Made by a program: the position numbers and the translations under genes. DNA of 64,000 nucleotides from a virus: IMG/VR virus record IMGVR_UViG_3300029319_000007. One strand, 5' to 3'. The notes under the pieces were generated by a model. That model was not told the origin of the DNA, made no database searches, and saw nothing but the letters and a program-made list of their open reading frames with translations. Position 1 is the stretch's first letter. Each line of letters opens with the position of its first letter. Below are positions 39,950-48,333 of the stretch, piece by piece.

Positions 39950-40126
39950 ATGAATTTAGAGCGATTCCCTACAGCAGAAGAAAGATATCCAAGACGAGGC
40001 GAACCATTACCAGAGAAAACAAAAGAAGAACATCTATGGTGCGGTACACCCGAATGTTGTCAATCATGTGATACAGCAGAACCTGTACAACTAGAATTAA
40101 ACTTCGAAAAAGATACTAACGAATAG
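39950..40126 (+). CDS. 58-aa protein with HxxCGTPECCxxC motif
   Basis: Hand-translated MNLERFPTAEERYPRRGEPLPEKTKEEHLWCGTPECCQSCDTAEPVQLELNFEKDTNE; TATATATA 5 nt upstream. Confidence 0.6.
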   Translation: MNLERFPTAEERYPRRGEPLPEKTKEEHLWCGTPECCQSCDTAEPVQLELNFEKDTNE

Positions 40127-40129
40127 TTC

Positions 40130-40292
40130 ACCAGTTTCCCCCTAGACACAATCACAGATCGTATTGATCAACGCCATCAAAAAGATATAACCTAGATAAC
40201 CACCTAATAGAGTAATTATTATCCAATCAAATATTCTCATAAGTGTCTATTGCATTTATAGTTTAGAAAAGTTTACCAGTTTCCCCCTAGAC
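40130..40292. repeat. 18-bp direct repeat ACCAGTTTCCCCCTAGAC (40130-40147 and 40275-40292)
   Basis: Exact match read from the sequence. Confidence 0.85.
40142..40240 (-). CDS. 32-aa membrane micropeptide
   Basis: MRIFDWIIITLLGGYLGYIFLMALINTICDCV. Confidence 0.45.
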   Translation of the reverse strand: MRIFDWIIITLLGGYLGYIFLMALINTICDCV

Positions 40293-41398
40293 TAGTTTAG
40301 GTTGATAGGGGTACCATTAATATCATTCTCACCCGAACTATCTAATAACATTTTATCACCACTAGAGATCGTCACCTTATTCGAAGCGTCAACCCTAAAG
40401 TTATCACAAGATATATTCACATCATCATTACTTAATAGATTCACATTACCGTTTACATTCATATTCAAGGCACCATCACGAACCATTATATTCAGATTAG
40501 AATTAGAACCTACCTCGATATCAAAATGATTATTCGAACCATCTAGTTTATTTACTTTGAGTTTCAAAGACTTATCAATCGTTTCAATCACATCACCTTC
40601 AACGAGAGAAGACTTATCAGACGAAACAACCTCAAACATCTTCGATACAATATGAGAAACATAGGTACCATCATTAGAATATTCTTGATAAGATCCTGAC
40701 GCATGACTTAACAATATACGATTATAACTGCTCGTATCGTCAAACTCAAACAAGTGCCCGCTCTCAGTATTGTAAACATGGTTCTTCGGGTAGGTAGGTT
40801 TATAAGTGCCTATCTTTGTAGCGTCATTCGCCGTATCATCTACAACAAGTGGTTCACTAAACTCTGTCGCATTACTGCCTCTTACTGTTAATGTGCCTAA
40901 GACTGTAGGTATTGTAAACTCATCAAAGTCTGCTGAAGGTATACTGGTCTTTCGTATAGTGTCACGATTGACTGCATTACTGCTCGTAAGACTGCCTCTG
41001 GCGTTCTCATGTATATCACTGCTGTTTGCCGCCTTAGGGTATACAGACTGCTTGTATTCGTCCTTCGTGTCATCTGTGCTTCTACGATTAGGATCATTAA
41101 ACCCTGTATCAGGATCGCCTAGTGATTCGGGTATACCTGGTAACCCGCCAAGTATAAACGGTTCTTGACGATCTGTGTCAAAAAAACCTACGAGCACCCA
41201 AGTGCCTTCTACAAAGAAAGACGGCGTAGTGCCTAATCCACTATTACTGCCATCATGTGTTATAACTGTTGCCCAAGGCAAATCATTTGTAGGTAGAGAT
41301 ACTTTGTCCTCTGTGTGTAGACCTAGTACACGAACTTTCAGACGACCCAACTGTTTAGGATCTGATCTGCTCTCTACAACTCCGTAATAAGTTTTCAT
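40292..41398 (-). CDS. gp5: Baseplate spike gp5 (OB fold + beta-helix, no lysozyme domain)
   Basis: GVVESRSDPKQLGRLKVRVLGLH..LPWA, EGTWVLVGF, YPKNHVYNTESGHLFEFDDT, ends INLN. Confidence 0.9.
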   Translation of the reverse strand: MKTYYGVVESRSDPKQLGRLKVRVLGLHTEDKVSLPTNDLPWATVITHDGSNSGLGTTPSFFVEGTWVLVGFFDTDRQEPFILGGLPGIPESLGDPDTGFNDPNRRSTDDTKDEYKQSVYPKAANSSDIHENARGSLTSSNAVNRDTIRKTSIPSADFDEFTIPTVLGTLTVRGSNATEFSEPLVVDDTANDATKIGTYKPTYPKNHVYNTESGHLFEFDDTSSYNRILLSHASGSYQEYSNDGTYVSHIVSKMFEVVSSDKSSLVEGDVIETIDKSLKLKVNKLDGSNNHFDIEVGSNSNLNIMVRDGALNMNVNGNVNLLSNDDVNISCDNFRVDASNKVTISSGDKMLLDSSGENDINGTPINLN

Positions 41399-41592
41399 AT
41401 ATCTAAAAATTTTTTCCCATAAGTTGTTTGTTTTATAGAACTACGATCACTATTCTTTTGATCTTTTGCGTAATTGACACCCTTTACAGAATCTTGTAAA
41501 TTTTGTAAACGCTTCTTCTCTAAAAGGTCATATAAATCAAGGGTTTTATTACTACGCAATACCTTCATTCTATGCTCTATCCAGTCTTTCAT
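41395..41592 (-). CDS. Hypothetical protein
   Basis: Coupled ORF between gp27-like and gp5. Confidence 0.55.
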   Translation of the reverse strand: MKDWIEHRMKVLRSNKTLDLYDLLEKKRLQNLQDSVKGVNYAKDQKNSDRSSIKQTTYGKKFLDI

Positions 41593-42947
41593 TATAATCT
41601 ACTCACTACTTCTGTAGGTGTTAAATTGACATCTTTATTGTTGTCTTCGATACTCTGCTGACCTTCTTCATATGCAAACTCTACAGACGATTTGATACAA
41701 TCACAAGTTGTCACATAACCTTGAGGATCAACTCTATGATTGACACTTTCTATTATATATCGACCACTATCAAATACATCATACACTTCATCTGTGTTTG
41801 TTGTGTTAGGTTCGTGTCGAGGTAAATCTAATCTGATGACATCACCTGCCGCAAGATTACTATTACCATGCATTGATACTTTCACTCGTTTAAAATATGA
41901 CGCAGTTTCACGAACACGATCAGGATCTTTTGAACCATTGTTTGTATAGTCATGTGTGTCGTTCTCGTCTATACTGTGAAGATACTTGTCGAAAGAGGAG
42001 AGAGATACGGTGCCATCGGAAAAATCGAATAATGATTGTGTATCTTTCTCTGGTGTTTTTGTGTATAACCCAAATCCATCGGCGTTCTTCGATTGTTGAT
42101 ATGTTTCGTAAGATGAAACATTCTTTGTAAATGATTTACCTGTACGATTAAAAACATAGTGTGTATTGTTGAGTAAACCGTTTGATGTATCTCGTAATGT
42201 GTCTTGACCGCCTGTGACTATGAAAGATAATAATGTTCTCATTTCTGTAGGTGCGTCAACTCTTGGTCTTTGATACGCTGTAAAGAAACTTTCTACAACT
42301 TCTCTTGGTTCATTACCGTCAAACAATAATTCGTTCTTCGATACAAAGTTATAACCTCTATGATTTTCGTAGAATAGATAACCTGCTGTTGTGTGTTTCT
42401 TTGATATACTACGATTTGCACACATACGAATGAACTCGAAAGGGTGTCGATTATTACCCAACATATGTAAAAACTTACTACTTTCTTCTGTAAAGAAAGG
42501 TTTCTTTGTCTTCAATGTATTTTTTAATATCTTCTTGACGATCTGATCACTTGAACCTCTAAATGCACCTTTGATTCTTGTTTGTGAATTACGCATAGCG
42601 TCTATTGATATGAAGTGTAATTCATATGTTTGTTCAGTATTCTTTGTTGCAACAATATTGTCTATCTTGTATATGCGACCTCGTATTGTTTTGAAATCTA
42701 TTTCTTCACATTCGTCATTTGTTCTTAGTCGAAACTCTATTTCTTCTTGACCTGTCATAGACATATTCGCACGGTGATTCATAGTATCACGCATGATTAA
42801 CGATCCTGACATGAAGGGTGAATGTATATCTTCGTAAATGTTTAACTCAATCATTAAATTACGAACTGAAACTCTAGGTAATAACTGACCTACGATTTGT
42901 ATATCGTTTAACTCGTACTCGCCAGCAGTAAAATCTTCATATTTCAT
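41592..42947 (-). CDS. Baseplate hub protein (gp27-like)
   Basis: IYEDIHSPFMSGSL, GQEEIEF, YLFYENHRGYNF, GNSNLAAGDVI, SGRYII; lies between gp53 and gp5. Confidence 0.75.
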   Translation of the reverse strand: MKYEDFTAGEYELNDIQIVGQLLPRVSVRNLMIELNIYEDIHSPFMSGSLIMRDTMNHRANMSMTGQEEIEFRLRTNDECEEIDFKTIRGRIYKIDNIVATKNTEQTYELHFISIDAMRNSQTRIKGAFRGSSDQIVKKILKNTLKTKKPFFTEESSKFLHMLGNNRHPFEFIRMCANRSISKKHTTAGYLFYENHRGYNFVSKNELLFDGNEPREVVESFFTAYQRPRVDAPTEMRTLLSFIVTGGQDTLRDTSNGLLNNTHYVFNRTGKSFTKNVSSYETYQQSKNADGFGLYTKTPEKDTQSLFDFSDGTVSLSSFDKYLHSIDENDTHDYTNNGSKDPDRVRETASYFKRVKVSMHGNSNLAAGDVIRLDLPRHEPNTTNTDEVYDVFDSGRYIIESVNHRVDPQGYVTTCDCIKSSVEFAYEEGQQSIEDNNKDVNLTPTEVVSRL

Positions 42948-42949
42948 TG

Positions 42950-43459
42950 TTATCTCTGTATGAGAAGTCTAAAATCATCAACAAATTTTGTCACAAACGC
43001 ACGGTCAAGTAATCTAATGCGTCTTTTCTTATCGTTCTCAATTTCTTCGTATTCATAGTTTGTAATTGCTGTCGCACCGTCTGTATCACTAGACACAATT
43101 AATTTCTTTGTTGTATCGCCAGATGTCGCATTGATCTCATGATGGTGCGTAGCATTCGGGTTCGAATACTTATCGTTTACATACTGAGACAATGCAACTT
43201 GATCTAGCGGCCAATCATAACGGGAGGTTATGTTGTTTATTGTCACAATTAACCAGTGTAATTCTGAATCACCGTAATATTTAAATGCGACTATGTCGGG
43301 TTGTTCGCCGTCTTTGACATTATACTCGTCAAATGTAAGAGTATTGACTTTTACATTACTTTTTAGGTTGACACGGCGTAAAATATCTGTTATAAGTGTC
43401 TGATCATCTGTATTCTGTAGATCATATTGATATAGAGGAAACTTTTCGAAGTATGCCAT
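42950..43459 (-). CDS. gp53: Baseplate wedge gp53
   Basis: YFEKFP, KDGEQPDIVAFKYYGDSELHWLI, DWPL, TNYEYEEIENDKKRRIRLL. Confidence 0.9.
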   Translation of the reverse strand: MAYFEKFPLYQYDLQNTDDQTLITDILRRVNLKSNVKVNTLTFDEYNVKDGEQPDIVAFKYYGDSELHWLIVTINNITSRYDWPLDQVALSQYVNDKYSNPNATHHHEINATSGDTTKKLIVSSDTDGATAITNYEYEEIENDKKRRIRLLDRAFVTKFVDDFRLLIQR

Positions 43460-44619
43460 TAGAATCCTGCCTTAATCATTTCTTTTGTCATTACTTCTGT
43501 CTCTGTGAATTTAAGTGTCAAGTTTGTTTCAATGGGTGCAGGACTACCGTCAACTAGTCTAAAGTGTTGACTTTCACCGCCAGGACCAAAAGATACATTA
43601 ACACTATTACATACACACGAATGAATCATAGGATACCATTTGTTTTGTTGACCTTGATACATGTAAAATATATCAAACTCTGCAGGCATTCTAAAATGTC
43701 TACCTACTTTCTCACCGTACATACGCTCTGGCGCAGCATGAAACTTAAATAGTCGCACAATATCATCTACAACACGCACTTCGTTTTCAGATCGTGGTGT
43801 AAATCTAAAAGTGTACTCAAATTCTCTGAAACCTGTGCCTACAAATATTGCCTCTAACGCAGGATTAGGTGCTTCATTTAATATTTTATTCAGTTGTGCT
43901 GTTCCTTCTCCTAAACCTACGAACTCACCTACTTTCAATGCGCCTTTTTGTAATCCTATCTCACCTAAAACACTTGAAAGTGTAGCAGCGTTTTCTGCAC
44001 CGCCTTGTGCTGCTAAAAAATCTCTTAACGATTGACCTTCTCCTAAAACACCTGCTGTTTGTGCTACTAAACCCGCAAGACCTGTCTCACTATTTTTGTA
44101 ATCATGCGAATACGATACAGATAAATTAGGTGGTAAATACAATGCGATTGTGTCTCTAGACTTTACAAAGTTTTCTTCACGCAAATTATAACTTGTACTA
44201 AAACCTGGTCTTTCATCTGCTGTCATATTAAATCTCTCTTTATCTTCGGGTATAATTTTACCTGAATTAGCAGTTTTAGATGAGAAATTTATACCTTCAA
44301 ATGCTTCTTCTGTAGTATCACCACCTCCTATTGGACTTTTACGAGCAGCAAAAGATTTAGTAGGACTTATGTACTTAGAGTTTTTTCTTTCAAAGACATG
44401 AAATAGAATATAATGACCAAAATCATTATTACCTAAATCTTCAGGATATTGATGAACAGCGTAAGAATAAGGATCGCCTTCTAAATTTAAGTGTGATGTG
44501 TCTGAACTACTATTCGCACCTCTACTTAGATCAGGTTTTTCTATTGGGTTCGCTTGTTTTGCTGCCCCAAATATATTACCTGTAATTCTATTCTTTAATC
44601 TCTGTAAACTGCTTGACAT
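43459..44619 (-). CDS. gp48: Baseplate tail-tube cap gp48
   Basis: QYPEDL, IALYLP, NPALEAIFVGTGFREFEYTFRFTPRSENE, LKFTETE. Confidence 0.85.
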   Translation of the reverse strand: MSSSLQRLKNRITGNIFGAAKQANPIEKPDLSRGANSSSDTSHLNLEGDPYSYAVHQYPEDLGNNDFGHYILFHVFERKNSKYISPTKSFAARKSPIGGGDTTEEAFEGINFSSKTANSGKIIPEDKERFNMTADERPGFSTSYNLREENFVKSRDTIALYLPPNLSVSYSHDYKNSETGLAGLVAQTAGVLGEGQSLRDFLAAQGGAENAATLSSVLGEIGLQKGALKVGEFVGLGEGTAQLNKILNEAPNPALEAIFVGTGFREFEYTFRFTPRSENEVRVVDDIVRLFKFHAAPERMYGEKVGRHFRMPAEFDIFYMYQGQQNKWYPMIHSCVCNSVNVSFGPGGESQHFRLVDGSPAPIETNLTLKFTETEVMTKEMIKAGF

Positions 44620-44631
44620 AATACTATTTAT

Positions 44632-45120
44632 CTAGTATAACGGAGGTATTGTAGACCAATGTTTCAATACATCCTCTGTTATAATCTGAAAATTATAACC
44701 TCTTTTATCACAATACTTCTTACATGCTGTCCACTTCGCCTCGTTAATTACATATTGTTCTGCATTGTATCGCCATGATTTTGTCTTGCGTTTAGGTATT
44801 CTAGGGGGTTGTGTCTGTTTTTTTGGCTTGACTTCCCACACGGTTTCTGTTATATTACCTTCTTTGTTGCGATATTTAAGATAAACATCAGGAAAATACC
44901 TGTGTATTCTATTTGTCATAGGGTTTCGATAAGGTACAAAGAACTCCTCACTCGCCCATTTTATAATTGCAGGATTACTGTCTAAATACTTAAACACAGT
45001 TAGTTCCCAAGATGATCTGTATATTATATTAGACGGATCACCCTTGTATTTGTTTGGATTTTTAGGTCTAAATTTACCTTGAACTAACATCTTATTACTC
45101 ATGCGTTTTATCTTCTTCAT
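44632..45120 (-). CDS. gp4: Head completion nuclease gp4
   Basis: GKFRPKNPNKYKGD..IIYRSSWE..WASEE..HRYFPD..EVKP..NEAKW. Confidence 0.95.
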   Translation of the reverse strand: MKKIKRMSNKMLVQGKFRPKNPNKYKGDPSNIIYRSSWELTVFKYLDSNPAIIKWASEEFFVPYRNPMTNRIHRYFPDVYLKYRNKEGNITETVWEVKPKKQTQPPRIPKRKTKSWRYNAEQYVINEAKWTACKKYCDKRGYNFQIITEDVLKHWSTIPPLY

Positions 45121-45145
45121 TCTAATTATTTAGATAAATAGTCAT

Positions 45146-45670
45146 ATGGCGTCAATATTTGATACAATAAAACAACAAGCGGGTGACAAAGAAAAAAGTC
45201 TTAACTGGTACAAAGGTAAGATAAATGCTTTGTCAAGTAGAATATCTGCAAGTCGATTGATGAGAGATGGTAAGTTAAGAAAAGCACCTGTATTCAATCG
45301 TCTTCACTTTTTTAGATATGACCCAAAGACAAAAGCAGTATTACCTTACTATGATTTGTTTCCGTTAGTCATGCCTATACAAACTGCACCTGGTGGTTTT
45401 TTAGGAATTAATTTTCACTATCTACCTATACCTGCAAGAATGGCATTATTAGAAGCGCTTGACAAAAAGAAGTTTAGAGGCAACTATAGTAATTTAAAAA
45501 ATTTAAAGTATATTAAACCTACTCTTAAACACTACTTGCGTTCACAATTTGTTTCAGGTTTTTTAGATTTAGAAGAAGATGATTACGCACCTGCAATATT
45601 CATGCCTGTTGCACAATGGAGAAAAGGCACACCATCACAAGTATATCGTGATAGTAGAAGGAGATATTAA
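45146..45670 (+). CDS. gp2: DNA end protector gp2
   Basis: YDPKTKAVLPYYDLFPLV..GFLGINFHYLP..KHYL. Confidence 0.9.
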   Translation: MASIFDTIKQQAGDKEKSLNWYKGKINALSSRISASRLMRDGKLRKAPVFNRLHFFRYDPKTKAVLPYYDLFPLVMPIQTAPGGFLGINFHYLPIPARMALLEALDKKKFRGNYSNLKNLKYIKPTLKHYLRSQFVSGFLDLEEDDYAPAIFMPVAQWRKGTPSQVYRDSRRRY

Positions 45671-46116
45671 TGAACAAATTAGGCGACCCAACAGATTTTA
45701 GTTATAGAGTAAACAAAGTAATCAAAGTTGTAGATGGTGATACAATAGATGTAATACTTGATATGGGTTTTGATATCATGTACAAACAAAGAGTAAGACT
45801 ATTTGGTATTGATACACCAGAAAGTAGAACAAGAGATTTAGAAGAAAAGAAGTATGGTCTTCTATCTAAAAAGTTTTTACAAGAACACTTAAAAAGTGCT
45901 TCTCGTATTGCAATCAAAACTTACAAAGGCGATGAAACAGGAAAGTTTGGTCGTATATTAGGTGATGTATGGTGTGACGGTGTAAGTGTAAATAAACTAA
46001 TGTGTAAAAAAGGTTACGCTGTTGAATACTACGGTCAAAATAAAAATTTAGTAGAAGCAGCACACATGAAGAACAGAAAAAAATTAAACAAATACAATAG
46101 TAGGTTATCAGGTTAA
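45670..46116 (+). CDS. Thermonuclease (SNase-like)
   Basis: KVVDGDTID, RVRLFGIDTPESRT, GKFGRILG. Confidence 0.9.
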   Translation: MNKLGDPTDFSYRVNKVIKVVDGDTIDVILDMGFDIMYKQRVRLFGIDTPESRTRDLEEKKYGLLSKKFLQEHLKSASRIAIKTYKGDETGKFGRILGDVWCDGVSVNKLMCKKGYAVEYYGQNKNLVEAAHMKNRKKLNKYNSRLSG

Positions 46117-46119
46117 GTC

Positions 46120-47061
46120 ATGGCGATTTTTAGACAAGGCAAAAGAGTAGGACCCTTTGATATTCGTATCGGGTTACCTAGGGGTAGAGAATACGACAAT
46201 ATCCCAGGCGATCCTAGAATAAAACAAAGAGCAAATCCTGAAACGACAATCAATCGTTTTCGTGCAGCAGTTTCAAGAGGTGAAGGTCTTGCAAGAAATA
46301 CTCGTTTTCTAGTCAACATACAATTACCTAAAGGTAAAATATTACAAGAATTAATACAATCAACAAGTAGTAAAGCAAGATCAGGTATAATTATAGATGA
46401 TCAAGCAGCAGGTCCTATGCCTTATCTACAATCAGATAAAGTTATGTCACCTGACGCAGCATTACTATGCACAGACATTACAATGCCTGCAAGAACTTTT
46501 AACAATAGTCCATATCGTATTGCAGGTGCACCGTACAAATATCCTACACAGGTTCAATACGGTGATATAACTGCAACATTTATAGGTGATAAGTTTTTAC
46601 GACTAAGAACTTTCTTCGAAATGTGGCAATCTACGATATATAATAATCAAACAGGTTTATTCAATTTCTATAAAGAATATATTGGTGATATTGATGTATT
46701 TCAGTTAGGTCAATTTGATACAACTAATGATCGTGATGACGCAACATACGGTGTTAGACTTCGTGAAGCATATCCTACTGCAATAAATGAAATACCATAT
46801 TCTTCAGGTGGTCAAAATGATTATGTTAAAATACAAGTCACATTTGCATATAGAGATTGGTTAAACTTTAATCTTGATGTTGATTCAGTCGGAAAAGTAG
46901 GCGGGTTATCAGCAGGAGAAGTAAAACCAGAAGGTGGATTCTTATCAAGTTTACCACCTGAATTAAGAAGGGTTGGGCGTAATGTGAGAGACACATTGAA
47001 GCGTTCAATACCTATTGGAAGAGTTTTTGGTGGGAAGGTGTTTCCACCATTTACATTTTAA
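46120..47061 (+). CDS. Tail-tube initiator, gp54-like
   Basis: GLARNTRF, LLCTDITMP, FFEMWQ, LREAYPTAI, QVTFAYRDW; upstream of gp26. Confidence 0.7.
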   Translation: MAIFRQGKRVGPFDIRIGLPRGREYDNIPGDPRIKQRANPETTINRFRAAVSRGEGLARNTRFLVNIQLPKGKILQELIQSTSSKARSGIIIDDQAAGPMPYLQSDKVMSPDAALLCTDITMPARTFNNSPYRIAGAPYKYPTQVQYGDITATFIGDKFLRLRTFFEMWQSTIYNNQTGLFNFYKEYIGDIDVFQLGQFDTTNDRDDATYGVRLREAYPTAINEIPYSSGGQNDYVKIQVTFAYRDWLNFNLDVDSVGKVGGLSAGEVKPEGGFLSSLPPELRRVGRNVRDTLKRSIPIGRVFGGKVFPPFTF

Positions 47062-47080
47062 ATTATAAGGAGATAATATT

Positions 47081-47785
47081 ATGGCATTGCCAAAATTAAA
47101 TACACAAACATTTGAGTTGAATGTTCCTAGCACAGATGAAAAAGTTAAGTACAGACCTTTTCTCGTTAAGGAAGAAAAAGTCTTACTACAAGCACAACAA
47201 AGTGAAAAACCAGAAGAAATGGCAGACGCATTAGTTCAAGTAATTAACAACTGTACATTTAATAAAATAAATGCAGCACTTCTACCATCATTTGATATAG
47301 AGTATATCTTTTTAAAGATTAGATCAAAGTCAGTAGGTGAGAAAGTTGATTTAATGATTACATGTCCTGATGATAATGAGACAAAGGTAAAACACACAGT
47401 TGACTTATCAAAAGTAGAAGTTGAAGTAGATGAAGACCACAATAACACAATATCATTGACTGATAATGTAAGTGTTGTTATGAGTTATCCTACAATCAAA
47501 ACTTTTCAAGGTGCAAACTTACAAAACATGAATGCTGAAGAAATCATCAATCTAACAGGTCGTTGTATCTATCAGATTGTTGACGGCGTTGAAACTTACG
47601 AAACAAAAGATTTAAATTCAAAGGAGATAGATGAGTTTTTAGAAAACTTAACACAAGATCAGTTTGCTAAAATTCAATCATTCTTTACTAGTATGCCTAG
47701 ATTAAAGCATGATGTAAAGGTGACTAATCCTAAAACAAAAAAGAAAGGTACGGTAACACTACAAGGTATGCAAAGTTTTTTTTAA
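47081..47785 (+). CDS. gp26: Baseplate hub assembly protein gp26
   Basis: MALPKL, KYRPFLVKEEKVLL, FDIEYIFLKIRSKSVGE, FFTSMPRL, ends GMQSFF. Confidence 0.9.
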   Translation: MALPKLNTQTFELNVPSTDEKVKYRPFLVKEEKVLLQAQQSEKPEEMADALVQVINNCTFNKINAALLPSFDIEYIFLKIRSKSVGEKVDLMITCPDDNETKVKHTVDLSKVEVEVDEDHNNTISLTDNVSVVMSYPTIKTFQGANLQNMNAEEIINLTGRCIYQIVDGVETYETKDLNSKEIDEFLENLTQDQFAKIQSFFTSMPRLKHDVKVTNPKTKKKGTVTLQGMQSFF

Positions 47786-47979
47786 TTTGCCTCGCACACA
47801 TTGATTTAGAGGCGTATTATCAATTAAACTTTAACATGATACAACAACATCATTGGTCGTTGACTGAAATAGAAAACATGATACCTTATGAAAGAGAAAT
47901 TTATTTAACTATGTTAAACGAACATATTAAAGAAGAAAATCGAAAGATGAAAGAGCAACAATCTAAAAGGGGTAGATAA
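47776..47979 (+). CDS. gp51: gp51-like hub assembly segment in the -1 frame; first in-frame ATG only at 47836
   Basis: ..CLAHIDLEAYYQLNFNMIQQHHWSLTEIENMIPYEREIYLTMLNEHIKEEN..; gp51-type residues (YYxxNF) begin upstream of the first ATG. Confidence 0.8.
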   Translation, partial: FFLICLAHIDLEAYYQLNFNMIQQHHWSLTEIENMIPYEREIYLTMLNEHIKEENRKMKEQQSKRGR

Positions 47980-48327
47980 ATGGCAGACGAAGAAAAAAAG
48001 ATAACAGTTGACGCAACGCCTGAAGTTAAAGAGGCAGATGTTAACGGTGATAATCACATCTCAGAAGCAGAGATGTCAATGATGTTAGAGGCAAAAAAGA
48101 AAAGACTAGAAGATGAAGACGCAATGCGTGACGCACAAAGAAATATGGCATGGTTTGCTTTAGCAGGTATGTTATTATATCCTTTTGCTGTCTTGATTGC
48201 AAGTTGGGTTGGTTTAGAAAGTGCAAGTAAGAATTTAGGTAGTATGGCACCTACTTACTTTGTATCAGTTGCAGCAATAGTTGCTGCCTTCTATGGTAAA
48301 TCTGCATACGAAAAGAAAAACAAGTAA
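47980..48327 (+). CDS. Two-TM membrane protein with N-terminal EF-hand-like loop
   Basis: DVNGDNHISEAE; two hydrophobic helices; basic C-tail. Confidence 0.7.
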   Translation: MADEEKKITVDATPEVKEADVNGDNHISEAEMSMMLEAKKKRLEDEDAMRDAQRNMAWFALAGMLLYPFAVLIASWVGLESASKNLGSMAPTYFVSVAAIVAAFYGKSAYEKKNK

Positions 48328-48333
48328 TAAAAA

